Positions 1 through 9,562 of a DNA stretch of 64,000 bases are shown piece after piece; position 1 is the first letter of the stretch; every line of letters starts with the position of its first letter. The notes beneath the pieces are model-generated. The model did no database searches and was not told where the DNA came from. It saw nothing but the letters and a program-made list of their open reading frames with translations. The position numbers and the translations under genes are program-made. Source of the DNA: Thermodesulfobacteriota bacterium (GTDB taxonomy: Bacteria; Desulfobacterota_D; UBA1144; Nemesobacterales; Mycalebacteriaceae); contig CBDAQI010000001.1 in the NCBI GenBank assembly GCA_965198945.1, positions 288,001 to 352,000 of the forward strand. Direction: 5' to 3'.

Positions 1-337
1 CGGAGTTCTGGAAGATGAAAAACTGGTGGGAGTTATCAGCCACTATGATGTTTCAACAAAAATCGTGGTTGAAGGAAAAGATCCCTCCGAGACAAAAGTC
101 AGAAACATAATGACCCGTGATGTCATAAAGGTCAATCTCATTCAAACTTTCTCCGAGTGCCTTGAACTAGTTGAAAAGCACAATATTTCACACCTTGTCG
201 TTGAAGACAGAAATGGAAATTACTACGGGGTTCTGTCATGCAGAGACATGCAGAGAAAGATGCTCGAAAATCTTAAATCCCAGCTTGAAATAACCTGGGA
301 ATATGCTTTCGGTCCCAGTCCGTCAAAACGCGGCTGA
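1..337 (+). CDS. CBS-domain protein (5' truncated by window edge)
   Basis: Frame is open from position 2 (GVLEDEKLVGVISHYD). CBS-like segments KVRNIMTRDVIKV and ISHLVVED..YYGVLSCRD. Confidence 0.8.
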   Translation, partial: GVLEDEKLVGVISHYDVSTKIVVEGKDPSETKVRNIMTRDVIKVNLIQTFSECLELVEKHNISHLVVEDRNGNYYGVLSCRDMQRKMLENLKSQLEITWEYAFGPSPSKRG

Positions 338-356
338 GCAGAAAAAGGGAGGAAAA

Positions 357-524
357 ATGTCTGAAGAAACGGAAAACGCAAAAGAGAAAAAAGAGGTCGT
401 ATTCGGTCAGCTCCGGGTTCCAAACATTAAAAAGGGCTACAACCCGAACTATCCTTTTTATATGATGGGTATCTTTGTCGTGCTCATTGTTTTAAGCGCT
501 CTTTTTGCTCTGGCTACGGACTGA
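357..524 (+). CDS. small membrane protein (55 aa, C-terminal TM helix)
   Basis: GGAGG at 348-352 before ATG 357. Hydrophobic C-terminus FYMMGIFVVLIVLSALFALA. Confidence 0.6.
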   Translation: MSEETENAKEKKEVVFGQLRVPNIKKGYNPNYPFYMMGIFVVLIVLSALFALATD

Positions 525-527
525 AAT

Positions 528-3368
528 TCACTTTCTGATACAGCCCGAGACAATTTCGGCAAAATGAACCGGTTGCCTGCCGGAAAAATGTCTTATCTGC
601 TCCATGCAGGAAATCCCCGTGGCACAGACAAGGGAGTTTTTTTCAAGTTTTTCAATTGCGGGCAGAAGCCTGTCTTCCGCGATTTTTTTTGAAATACCGT
701 AGTGTTTTTTCTCGTAACCGAAACCACCAGCCATCCCGCAGCATCCGGCTCCCGAATCAACGGCATCAAACCCCAGAGCGCTTAAGACCGGCTGCAGCCC
801 GCAGTCCGGGCGGGCGGCTTTGCTGTGGCAATGCGTGTGGGTAAGAACGGGCGCGCGGGGAGGTTCTATTTTTGCCGCAAGGGCGGCGGAATGTTCCCCC
901 ACAAATTCCTCAAGAGTGAAAAACATCCCCGCGACCGTCTCGTGTTTTCCGCCCGGGGGCAGAATGTCGGAATAGTCATCCCTGAACATTGAGACACAAC
1001 TCGGCTCGGTTCCGATTATCGGTATTCCCGCGCTTGCGTGCCGGTGCAGAACACCGATGTTGATTTCAGCATTTGCGCGCGCTTTATCAATCATGCCGCG
1101 GCTCATCATCGGTCTGCCGCAGCAGACTCTTTTGTTTTCAATGATGACTTCATAGCCAAGCGTCTCAAGAATGTTGACGGCTCCAATCCCCGCCGCCGGA
1201 TTGTAAAATTCAGCCCAGGTGTCATGAAAATAGACGGCTTTTTTACCCGTCCCGGAAATTGAACCGGCGCCCTTTTTCCTTTGCAAAAACCAGTCGCTGA
1301 ATTTTTCATCTGACAGGCGGGGCAACCGTCTGCGGGAGTCCATACCCACAAGCCCGAGCGCATAGTCCGCAATACCGCCGCGCAGAGCAAAATTCACAAA
1401 CCGCGAAGCCTTTGACATCAAAGATGAGATGCTGTGAATATCCGAAAAAATTCTGTCAGCGGCTGAAAACCCCGGAGAAGAACCGCGCAGGGCGAGAAAT
1501 TCCGTTTTCATTTTCGCCACATCAACGGATGACGGGCATTCGGTTTTACACGCTTTGCATCCCACGCACAGGCTGAAAACCTCTTCCGCCTCGTCGCTCA
1601 AAAGAAAATCCGCGTCAACCTCTCCGTTGAGCGCGGCACGCAAAAGATTTGCACGCGCCCTTGTCGTGTGCGCCTCATCGAGGGTCGCCATAAAAGACGG
1701 GCACATTGCGCCGTCGGTTTTTCTGCAAACTCCCTGCCCGTTGCATATGTCAATCGCGGATGCGATTCCCTCATCGCCCCATTCAAGAAGCGGCGAAATG
1801 CGGGACGAGTCGCCTCTCGTCCGGTTTCTTATATTTTCCTTCACATCGTTTGAGCAGTTCACAACCTTGCCCGGATTGAAAACATTTCCGGGGTCAAAGA
1901 TATTTTTTAAATCCGTCATAGCACCGTAAATCTCAGCCCCGAAAAGCCGCTCGTTCAGATGGCTTCTCTGCAGACCGTCTCCGTGTTCTCCGCTCATAAC
2001 GCCACCGTATTTGAGAGCAAGCCCAAGCGCAGCGTCTGACACTTCTTCCATAATCGCGGCGCCTTTTTCCGTTGAAAGATCTATAAGCGGACGGACATGA
2101 AGACATCCGGCGCTTGCATGAGCATAGAAACCCGCTTTGAGACCGAGAGATGAAAAAACCTCCGATATTTCGCGCGTATATGCGGCGAGGAACGGAACCG
2201 GAACCGACACGTCTTCAATGCACGGAACGGGCTTTGCGGCGGAGCGGGAACTCATTAAAAGGCCGAGCCCCGCGGTACGCACTCCCCACACTTTTGCCTG
2301 TTCATCACGGGAAACAGCAAGCCCCTTTTCACACCGGAGCCCTTTTTCATTCAGGGAACCAACAAAATTTTGCGCTTTTGAGCGACATTCATCGGCTGTT
2401 TTTCCGAAAAACTCAACCGCGAGAACCGCTTCGGGCGCTCCGTTTACAAATGAAAGAAGATGCGAAAAACCGCCGTGTTTTCTCGTAAGCCCGATAAGCA
2501 TCCCGTCTATGAGCTCAACGGCGGAGGGGTTGCTTTCAAGAAGCAGCGGAACGGATTCAATCGCGCTGAGAAGGTTGTCAAACTGCAAAACGGCGAGTGC
2601 CGTATGCGCCGGTTTTTCAACAAGTTTGAGCGTAAGCTCGGTCGTAATTCCAAATGTTCCTTCGGATGATGCGAAAAGTTTTGCGGGGTTGAAAGTGTCA
2701 TCAAGCAGATAGTTAAGTGAATAACCCGAAGCCCTGCGCCAGTGTTTTGGAAACTTTTCAGCGACAAGTTCACGGTTTGCGTATCTGTATTGCAGAAGAG
2801 TGCTGAAAAGCGCCATATCGGAACAGCCGGAAGATGAAAAAGAAACTTCCTCACCCGTGTGAAGGACTGATTTGAGCGAGGTAACATTGTCTCCCGCCAT
2901 TCCGTAGACAATTGAGTGTGCTCCCGTTCCGTTGCTCGCCACAACCCCGCCGGCCGTGGCAACTTTTGCGCTTGCGGGATCGGGACCAAACATCAGACCC
3001 TTTTCCGCCGCTATGGAGTTGAGCCGCCCGACACAAATTCCCGGACGGACGGTTGCGGTTTTGTTTTCGGCGTCAATTCCAATGACTCCGTCCATGTATT
3101 TGGACATATCAACGGCAATTCCACTTCCGAGACACTGCCCGGCAAGCCCCGTTCCGCCGCCGCGCGGAAGGATTGAGACACCTAATTCCCCGGCGATTTT
3201 AACAGTTTCGGCAACATCCTCCGCCGTGCGGGGAATTACAACACCGAGAGGCTCAACACTGTAGTTGCTCGCATCTGTTGAGTAAAGAATACGGTCTATT
3301 TTGCGGAAACGGACTTCGGAGTTTGTGCGAGATAAGAGGGTTTTTGCGAGGTCGGTTGAGAGAGGCAT
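528..3368 (-). CDS. FAD-binding/Fe-S oxidoreductase (GlcD/YdiJ-like 2-hydroxyacid dehydrogenase with GlpC/CCG domains)
   Basis: PRGGGTGLAGQ, SGEHGDG, CNGQGVC, CVGCKACKTECP, CCGRP and CCGMAG motifs. Confidence 0.9.
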   Translation of the reverse strand: MPLSTDLAKTLLSRTNSEVRFRKIDRILYSTDASNYSVEPLGVVIPRTAEDVAETVKIAGELGVSILPRGGGTGLAGQCLGSGIAVDMSKYMDGVIGIDAENKTATVRPGICVGRLNSIAAEKGLMFGPDPASAKVATAGGVVASNGTGAHSIVYGMAGDNVTSLKSVLHTGEEVSFSSSGCSDMALFSTLLQYRYANRELVAEKFPKHWRRASGYSLNYLLDDTFNPAKLFASSEGTFGITTELTLKLVEKPAHTALAVLQFDNLLSAIESVPLLLESNPSAVELIDGMLIGLTRKHGGFSHLLSFVNGAPEAVLAVEFFGKTADECRSKAQNFVGSLNEKGLRCEKGLAVSRDEQAKVWGVRTAGLGLLMSSRSAAKPVPCIEDVSVPVPFLAAYTREISEVFSSLGLKAGFYAHASAGCLHVRPLIDLSTEKGAAIMEEVSDAALGLALKYGGVMSGEHGDGLQRSHLNERLFGAEIYGAMTDLKNIFDPGNVFNPGKVVNCSNDVKENIRNRTRGDSSRISPLLEWGDEGIASAIDICNGQGVCRKTDGAMCPSFMATLDEAHTTRARANLLRAALNGEVDADFLLSDEAEEVFSLCVGCKACKTECPSSVDVAKMKTEFLALRGSSPGFSAADRIFSDIHSISSLMSKASRFVNFALRGGIADYALGLVGMDSRRRLPRLSDEKFSDWFLQRKKGAGSISGTGKKAVYFHDTWAEFYNPAAGIGAVNILETLGYEVIIENKRVCCGRPMMSRGMIDKARANAEINIGVLHRHASAGIPIIGTEPSCVSMFRDDYSDILPPGGKHETVAGMFFTLEEFVGEHSAALAAKIEPPRAPVLTHTHCHSKAARPDCGLQPVLSALGFDAVDSGAGCCGMAGGFGYEKKHYGISKKIAEDRLLPAIEKLEKNSLVCATGISCMEQIRHFSGRQPVHFAEIVSGCIRK

Positions 3369-3457
3369 TGTCAGTCAAAGTTTAACTGACAAAGCTGTCC
3401 GGAAGCTTGTAATACTTATGGCTTGTTTTATAAGGTGTGGAAAAATTGGTTCTTTAA

Positions 3458-3514
3458 TTAAACCACCCCTGTGCCACCATTTCATCCGCAACTTTGTTGG
3501 AGTCGGCTATGTTC
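3458..3514 (-). repeat. degenerate copy of gdhA 3' end (direct repeat of 4009-4066)
   Basis: Manual alignment to 4009-4066 gives about 49/58 identical positions with one gap. Confidence 0.85.
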
Positions 3515-3524
3515 ACCATACTCC

Positions 3525-3740
3525 CTAAAGTTTTTCCTTAAACTCATCAACCGAAATACCCGCATCCTTTACTATTGCCCCCATTGTGTATGAATTAATC
3601 GGATTTTTTCTGGGAATAACAAGGTCATCAACACCATTGGACATTATGGTGTGTTTCCTACCCTCTCTGACAATGGAAAATCCGCACTTTTGTAAGGCAC
3701 GAACCGCGCGTCGGTGGTTCACTCCGGAAATTTTGGACAA
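3525..3740 (-). CDS. hicA: type II toxin, HicA family
   Basis: 71 aa, basic. ALQKCGFSIVREGRKHTIM..VIPR..TMGAIVKDAGIS pattern. TTG start. Confidence 0.85.
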   Translation of the reverse strand: MSKISGVNHRRAVRALQKCGFSIVREGRKHTIMSNGVDDLVIPRKNPINSYTMGAIVKDAGISVDEFKEKL

Positions 3741-3742
3741 TC

Positions 3743-3943
3743 TTACACCGCCGCAATTTCAACTTCATGAATTTCGCTTTCTTCATCCTTCTCTTGAAGA
3801 AAAGCAATATATTCCTGAATTGCATCGGCAATGTTCTCAAGGGCATCCTCTTTTGTCTTGCCTTGAGAATGACATCCACGAAATGCGGGACAGGATACGC
3901 TGTATCCTTCATCAGACTTTCTAATAACAACTTTGTATTTCAT
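3743..3943 (-). CDS. hicB: type II antitoxin, HicB family (short, no DNA-binding domain)
   Basis: MKYKVVI..GYSVSCPAFRGCHSQGKTKEDALENIADAI. ATG 3943 chosen over the ORF-track start. Confidence 0.85.
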   Translation of the reverse strand: MKYKVVIRKSDEGYSVSCPAFRGCHSQGKTKEDALENIADAIQEYIAFLQEKDEESEIHEVEIAAV

Positions 3944-4008
3944 AATATGCTCTTCCAAAAGACACCTTATTATAATGTAGGTTAGGCGACCAGACAGCAA
4001 TAGACAAA

Positions 4009-5358
4009 TCAAACCACCCCTTGCGCCACCATTGCATCCGCAACCTTTTTGAAACCGGCTATGTTCGCTCCGGCCACATAGTCAAGCTTTCTGCCTTTTT
4101 TGCCGAACTCAAGGCACCTTTCATGAATGCCGACCATAATGTCTCTCAGTTTTTCCTCAACCTCTTCGCGGCTCCAGAAAAGTTTCATGCTGTTCTGGGT
4201 CATCTCAAGTCCCGAAACCGCCACGCCTCCCGCGTTACAAGCTTTTGCGGGAGCAAGCAGAACACCGGCTTTCTGAAAAATGTGAACCGCCTCAAGGTCG
4301 CAGGGCATATTGGCTCCCTCACCGACGACTTTCACACCGTTCTTGACAAGAATACTTGCGTCCGTTCCCAAAAGCTCATTCTGTGTCGCGGAGGGAAACG
4401 CCACATTGCACTTGACGCCCCACGGTGTTTTGCCTTTGTAAAATCTGCATTTGAATTTTTTCGCATATTCGCTTATGCGTCCGCGCCTGTTGTTTTTCAA
4501 ATCCATAACCCACGCGAGTTTTTCGGGTGTTATTCCAGCGGGGTCGTGTATAAAACCGTCCGAATCAGACATCGTAACCGCCTTGCCGCCAAGCTGGTTG
4601 ACCTTCTCAACCGTGTATTGGGCCACATTTCCGGAACCTGACACAACACAGGTTTTACCTTCAATGTCGTCGCCTGCGGCTTTGAGGATCTCCCGGACAA
4701 AAAATACGCTTCCGTAACCGGTTGCCTCGGGACGGATCAGACTGCCGCCGAATGATATGCCCTTTCCGGTCAGAACTCCCGTGAACTTGCCAGAAATACG
4801 CCTGTGCTGACCAAACATGTAGCCGATTTCACGCCCGCCGACCCCTATGTCTCCGGCGGGAACATCCACATCCTCGCCGACGTGTCTGGCAAGTTCAGTC
4901 ATAAACGCCTGACAAAACCTCATAACCTCTCCGTCAGACTTTCCGCGCGGATTGAAGTCGCTTCCGCCCTTGCCGCCGCCCATCGGAAGACCGGTCAAAC
5001 TGTTTTTGAAAATCTGCTCAAACGCCAGAAACTTCATAACACTCAGACTGACGGACGGATGAAAGCGCAGCCCGCCTTTGTAGGGCCCTATTACCCCGCT
5101 GAACTGAACCCTGTATCCGCGGTTTGTGCGGATGTTTCCATCGTCGTCCTCCCAGCAAACACGGAATGACACTATTCTGTCAGGCTCGGTAAGACGCTCA
5201 ATAATCTGTTTTTTTATGTAAACGGGATTCTTTGATATAAAGGGAATAAGAGATTCGGAAACCTCTCTTACGGCCTGATGAAATTCATGCTCACCGGGAT
5301 TTCTGCGTTCAACCCCGCCCATAAAGCCTTTGAGATTAAGAGACAGTCTTGCCGCCAT
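4009..5358 (-). CDS. gdhA: NADP-specific glutamate dehydrogenase
   Basis: GPYKGGLRFHP, MGGGKGGSDF, VPAGDIGVG, RPEATGYG, GSGNVA. Confidence 0.95.
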   Translation of the reverse strand: MAARLSLNLKGFMGGVERRNPGEHEFHQAVREVSESLIPFISKNPVYIKKQIIERLTEPDRIVSFRVCWEDDDGNIRTNRGYRVQFSGVIGPYKGGLRFHPSVSLSVMKFLAFEQIFKNSLTGLPMGGGKGGSDFNPRGKSDGEVMRFCQAFMTELARHVGEDVDVPAGDIGVGGREIGYMFGQHRRISGKFTGVLTGKGISFGGSLIRPEATGYGSVFFVREILKAAGDDIEGKTCVVSGSGNVAQYTVEKVNQLGGKAVTMSDSDGFIHDPAGITPEKLAWVMDLKNNRRGRISEYAKKFKCRFYKGKTPWGVKCNVAFPSATQNELLGTDASILVKNGVKVVGEGANMPCDLEAVHIFQKAGVLLAPAKACNAGGVAVSGLEMTQNSMKLFWSREEVEEKLRDIMVGIHERCLEFGKKGRKLDYVAGANIAGFKKVADAMVAQGVV

Positions 5359-6577
5359 CGGAACCTCCTGAAACTGTGTTTATTTCCGCGTCAAATTTTT
5401 TCAAAATTCCGTAAACGGTGTTTCTCTCTGCGGGAATCCGGCCTATTTCGCGCGTGAGGCGGCGGAATTCTTCGGGTGGAAAATACTGACCGTAGCTTGC
5501 GCCCGCGAAACGCGAAATCTGCTCTTCCATAAGCGTTCCGCCAAAATCGTTCGCGCCGGCGGTCAGTGAAAACTGCGCAAATTCAGGCCCCTGCTTAACC
5601 CATGAAACTTGAATATTATCTATCCAGCCGCGCAGAAAAAGACGCGAAACGGCATACATTTTCAGTTGGTGGAGGTCTGTCGGCCCCTCGTGAACCTTGC
5701 CTTTTGAATTTTTGAAAATCCGTGTCTCCCACGGAATAAAACGGAGCGGAACAAATTCCGTGAACCCGCCCGTGTTTTTCTGTATGTCGCGCAGAACACC
5801 GAGGTGGATTGACCAGTGGCGCGGCTCATCAAGGTGGCCATACATTATGGTTGAAGTGGTTTTCATTCCCGCTTCATGGATCTTTTCAACAACCCGTATC
5901 CAAACCTCGGTCGGAATTTTGCGCGGAGCGATTTTTTTCCTCACATCTTCAACAAGCACTTCCGCGGCCGTGCCCGGAAAAGTGTTATGGCCGGCATCCT
6001 TGAGCATATTGATAAAATCAGTCTCCTCAATCCCCAGAGTGTCAGCCCCATACCAGACTTCGTAGGGGGAAAACGCGTGCGTGTGCATATCAGGAACCGC
6101 GTTTTTAACATTTTTGATTAAATCCACATAGTAGTTCCCGTCTATTTTGGGATGCATTCCGCCCTGCATGCAAACCTCTGTCGCGCCGATTTCCCAGGCC
6201 TCTTTTGTTTTGTCGGCAATCTCATCCATTGAAAGAAAATAAGCCCTTTCGTCTCCCTCAGGAGCCATAAAATTGCAAAACCCGCAATAGACATCGCAGA
6301 TATTGGTGAAATTTATGTTCCGGTTCACAACATATGTTATGACCTCTCCCACATCTTCTTTTCTTATGTTGTCCGCGGCGATTGCGAGAGCCGCTACCTC
6401 ATCGGGTTTTCGGGCGGCAAAAAGCGTGTCCGCTTCGGGAACTGAAATTTCTTTTGATTCAAGTGATTTGCCAATAATGGCGGCGATACCCGAATCTATG
6501 CGTGACAGACACGCCTCAACGCCCGATGCGCGTCTGTCATTTATCAAATCAATCAAATCTTTGAGCTGTTCTGACAT
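5336..6577 (-). CDS. cofH: FO synthase subunit 2 (radical SAM)
   Basis: VVNRNINFTNICDVYCGFC, PGTAAEVL, GGFTEFVPL, NIQVSWVK, GANDFGGTLMEE. Adjacent to cofG. Confidence 0.85.
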   Translation of the reverse strand: MSEQLKDLIDLINDRRASGVEACLSRIDSGIAAIIGKSLESKEISVPEADTLFAARKPDEVAALAIAADNIRKEDVGEVITYVVNRNINFTNICDVYCGFCNFMAPEGDERAYFLSMDEIADKTKEAWEIGATEVCMQGGMHPKIDGNYYVDLIKNVKNAVPDMHTHAFSPYEVWYGADTLGIEETDFINMLKDAGHNTFPGTAAEVLVEDVRKKIAPRKIPTEVWIRVVEKIHEAGMKTTSTIMYGHLDEPRHWSIHLGVLRDIQKNTGGFTEFVPLRFIPWETRIFKNSKGKVHEGPTDLHQLKMYAVSRLFLRGWIDNIQVSWVKQGPEFAQFSLTAGANDFGGTLMEEQISRFAGASYGQYFPPEEFRRLTREIGRIPAERNTVYGILKKFDAEINTVSGGSDGGKTVS

Positions 6578-6580
6578 CGG

Positions 6581-7837
6581 TCAGTTCCCTTCCGGTATCA
6601 GACCGCTTTGGTCAATGCGGGATTTAACCATCGCAAGCATTTCAGGTCCGAGAAAATCCGAATTTGCATATTCGGGATAAACGGGGAGCCGCTCTCTGAG
6701 TTCAAATCCCAGAGACGAAACCTGCCCCCGCATCTCATCAAGCAGCGGCCACGGGGCTTCGGGGTTAACATAGTCAATCGTGAGCGGAGAAATCCCTCCG
6801 AGGTCGTTTATACCGGCCGGTATGAATTTTGAATATGTTGCACCGTTGAGGTTCGGCGGTATCTGAATGTTCATCTCTCCGCCGAAAATAAGGCGGGCGA
6901 GCGCAACGGTTTTAAGCATTTCGGTGAACTCCGGAGGAGGGAAATTCTCCATGGAGATGCCGTCTTTGGGGCTGAAGTTCTGAACTATAATTTCCTGAAT
7001 ATGCCCGTGGCGGTCGGACATCTCTTTGAGCCCGAAAAGTGAGTCAACCCTTTCGCGGCGGGTCTCTCCTATGCCGACAAGTATTCCGCTTGTCCATGGG
7101 ATTTTGAGCCTGCCCGCGTGTTCCATCGTCTCCATTCTGAGTTTTGGCACCTTGTCCGCGCAGCGGTGGTGCGCCTGCCCCTTTTTCAGCAGACGGGGGC
7201 TTATATTTTCAAGCATAAGACCCATGCTTGGGTTGCTTTTCTTGAGACGGGAAAGCTCTTCGGGAGTGGCAAGACCGAGATTTGAATGAGGGAAAATTCC
7301 GTGTCCTATCACAGACTCGCAGACTTCGGCCAGATATTCCGCTGTTGTTGAGCATCCGGCCACGCCGAGTTTTTCCCTGTATTGCGGGTAGACCGCTTCG
7401 GGCTTGTCTCCGAGAACGAAAAGCAGCTCCGTGCATCCGAGTTCCGCGCCTTTCCGCGCGATTTCATCCACCTCATCGGGACTGACAAGAAGTTCCGCCT
7501 CTCCCGGCTCTATCTTGAAAGTGCAGTATCCGCAATGGTTTCTGCAAAGACGGGTCAGCGGAACAAAAACATTTTTAGAGTATGTGAGTCTCCTCCCATG
7601 GGAGCGAATCGCAAGAAAAGACGCCGCGCTCAAAAGTGCGGGAATCTGCTCGTCCGGCATTTCGGCAAGAAGAAGCGCATCTTCCGGCTCCGGGCCTCTT
7701 GTGACGGCGTTTTCGCAAATACGCTCTATGTTCGGGTCGGGAGCCGGCACGGCTGTCCCGTCCAGTCCGGCAATCTGCGCCATAAACTCAAGACGCGAGC
7801 GGTCAAAAATCTCATTTTCCGAACACTCAAACCCCAT
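6581..7837 (-). CDS. cofG: FO synthase subunit 1 (radical SAM)
   Basis: TYSKNVFVPLTRLCRNHCGYCTF, SMGLMLE, QIPPNL, GGISPLTIDYVNPEAPWP, LRERLPVYP. Confidence 0.9.
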   Translation of the reverse strand: MGFECSENEIFDRSRLEFMAQIAGLDGTAVPAPDPNIERICENAVTRGPEPEDALLLAEMPDEQIPALLSAASFLAIRSHGRRLTYSKNVFVPLTRLCRNHCGYCTFKIEPGEAELLVSPDEVDEIARKGAELGCTELLFVLGDKPEAVYPQYREKLGVAGCSTTAEYLAEVCESVIGHGIFPHSNLGLATPEELSRLKKSNPSMGLMLENISPRLLKKGQAHHRCADKVPKLRMETMEHAGRLKIPWTSGILVGIGETRRERVDSLFGLKEMSDRHGHIQEIIVQNFSPKDGISMENFPPPEFTEMLKTVALARLIFGGEMNIQIPPNLNGATYSKFIPAGINDLGGISPLTIDYVNPEAPWPLLDEMRGQVSSLGFELRERLPVYPEYANSDFLGPEMLAMVKSRIDQSGLIPEGN

Positions 7838-7920
7838 AAAATCTCCGCAAGCGGGAAGTGAGCTGATTATAATGTATAATTGCCGAATAATAAAAGAGTT
7901 TCCCGAACTATTAACTGAAC

Positions 7921-8544
7921 ATGCTCATTACTTTTGAAGGAATTGACGGTTGCGGAAAGTCAACTCAATCTCTGCTTTTAAGCCGCCACCTTGAGAAAAA
8001 GGGAAAAAAAACCATTCTCACGCACGAACCCGGCGCCGGAGGAGAAATAGGGCAAAGAATCAGAAACACAATACTTCTCGGGGAGATGAAAAAAACCGAT
8101 CCCCTTACTGAGGTATTTCTTTTCTGCGCAGACAGAGTCAACCATGTTCAAAAAGTCGTGAAGCCAGCTCTGGATGAGGGGAAAACAGTCATTTCCGACA
8201 GATTCTTTGATTCCACGGTGGTCTATCAGGGATACGGCAGAAAAATTGATATTGATTTTGTCACACTTGCGGCAAAAAAATCGGCTCTCGGTCTTGAGCC
8301 TGATATTACATTTTTCCTTGACGCGCCGATAGAGGTCTGCATGGAAAGACTCAAAGACAGGCAAAAAAGCGGCAAGCCCTTTAACAGGATGGACGGGGAA
8401 ACGGAAATATTTTACAAACGCCTGCGCGCAGGCTTTCTGTCTGAGTCTGAAAAACAGCCGGACAGAATCAAAACCATTGATGCAAGCGGTGAGGTTGAAG
8501 ACACTCGTCTGGCTATAACGGCTGTTATTGCCGGAAAGCTCTGA
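7921..8544 (+). CDS. tmk: thymidylate kinase
   Basis: ITFEGIDGCGKSTQ, SDRFFDSTVVYQG. Confidence 0.95.
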   Translation: MLITFEGIDGCGKSTQSLLLSRHLEKKGKKTILTHEPGAGGEIGQRIRNTILLGEMKKTDPLTEVFLFCADRVNHVQKVVKPALDEGKTVISDRFFDSTVVYQGYGRKIDIDFVTLAAKKSALGLEPDITFFLDAPIEVCMERLKDRQKSGKPFNRMDGETEIFYKRLRAGFLSESEKQPDRIKTIDASGEVEDTRLAITAVIAGKL

Positions 8545-8558
8545 GTTGAAACTGCTGA

Positions 8559-9551
8559 ATGTTTGAAGAAATAGACGGGCACGGACGCGCAAAACAGACA
8601 TTGCAGAGAGCGATTGCGAACGGACGGATAGCTCACGCATATTTGTTTTCTGGACCAGAAGGCGTGGGAAAAAAGCTCACCGCAATCTCTTTCGCCAAAC
8701 AACTGATATGTCCTGAAAAAACGGGAGGCGCCTGCGGGTGTTCGGTCTGTTCACGGATTGACGGCCGCATACATCCGGATGTTTTACTGTTTGAATACAA
8801 AGACAGGCAGACCATAGCGGTTGACAATGTGCGCGATGAAATAGAGAGGGAAATTTTCCTCAGACCTTTTGAATCAAAATATAAAATTTTCATTGTTGAC
8901 GGCTCCGAGAGAATGAACACAAGCGCGCAGAACGCTTTTTTGAAAACCCTTGAAGAGCCGCCGCGATACTGCGTTATAATCATTACGACCCACGCTCCGT
9001 CAATGATGCTGCAAACCATCCGGTCCAGATGCCGAACGGTTGTGTTTGGAAAACTTGACGGAAGGCTTGCGCGCGAAAAACTTGTTGAAAGAGGTGAATT
9101 TTCAGGCCCCGAAATTGATCTGGCGCTGAAAATTGTGGACGGCAGCCCCGGCAAAGCGTTGAAAATCACCCCCGAGGAAGCGGGCGGGATTTTGGAAACT
9201 ATCAAAACGCTTGCGGAAATTAACTCAGGCAGTCCTTCGGAAGTTTTTGAGTTTGTGGAAAATATTCTTGGCAAAGCGAAAGGAAACAAGGAGCAGCGGG
9301 TTAAGGCTGAAAAATTTGCTGAAATTACGGCTCTGTGGATTCGGGATTTGATATACGCAACCGCAGGGTCTGGGGAACCGGCATACCGGTCTCTCAGAGA
9401 AACTTCACTGAACTTCGCGCGAAAAAGAGAGGCGGCTTCAATCATTGAAAAAGCCGCCGCGGTTGAAAACACCGTAGCCGGAATCAGGCTGGGCAATCTC
9501 AACTGCCGCCTGGCGCTTGAAAATCTTGTATTAAAAATTGCCGAAGTATAG
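8559..9551 (+). CDS. holB: DNA polymerase III delta' subunit
   Basis: HAYLFSGPEGVGK, zinc-finger Cys residues, NAFLKTLEEPP, TIRSRC. Follows tmk. Confidence 0.92.
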   Translation: MFEEIDGHGRAKQTLQRAIANGRIAHAYLFSGPEGVGKKLTAISFAKQLICPEKTGGACGCSVCSRIDGRIHPDVLLFEYKDRQTIAVDNVRDEIEREIFLRPFESKYKIFIVDGSERMNTSAQNAFLKTLEEPPRYCVIIITTHAPSMMLQTIRSRCRTVVFGKLDGRLAREKLVERGEFSGPEIDLALKIVDGSPGKALKITPEEAGGILETIKTLAEINSGSPSEVFEFVENILGKAKGNKEQRVKAEKFAEITALWIRDLIYATAGSGEPAYRSLRETSLNFARKREAASIIEKAAAVENTVAGIRLGNLNCRLALENLVLKIAEV

Positions 9552-9562
9552 ATTAGTGCCTT

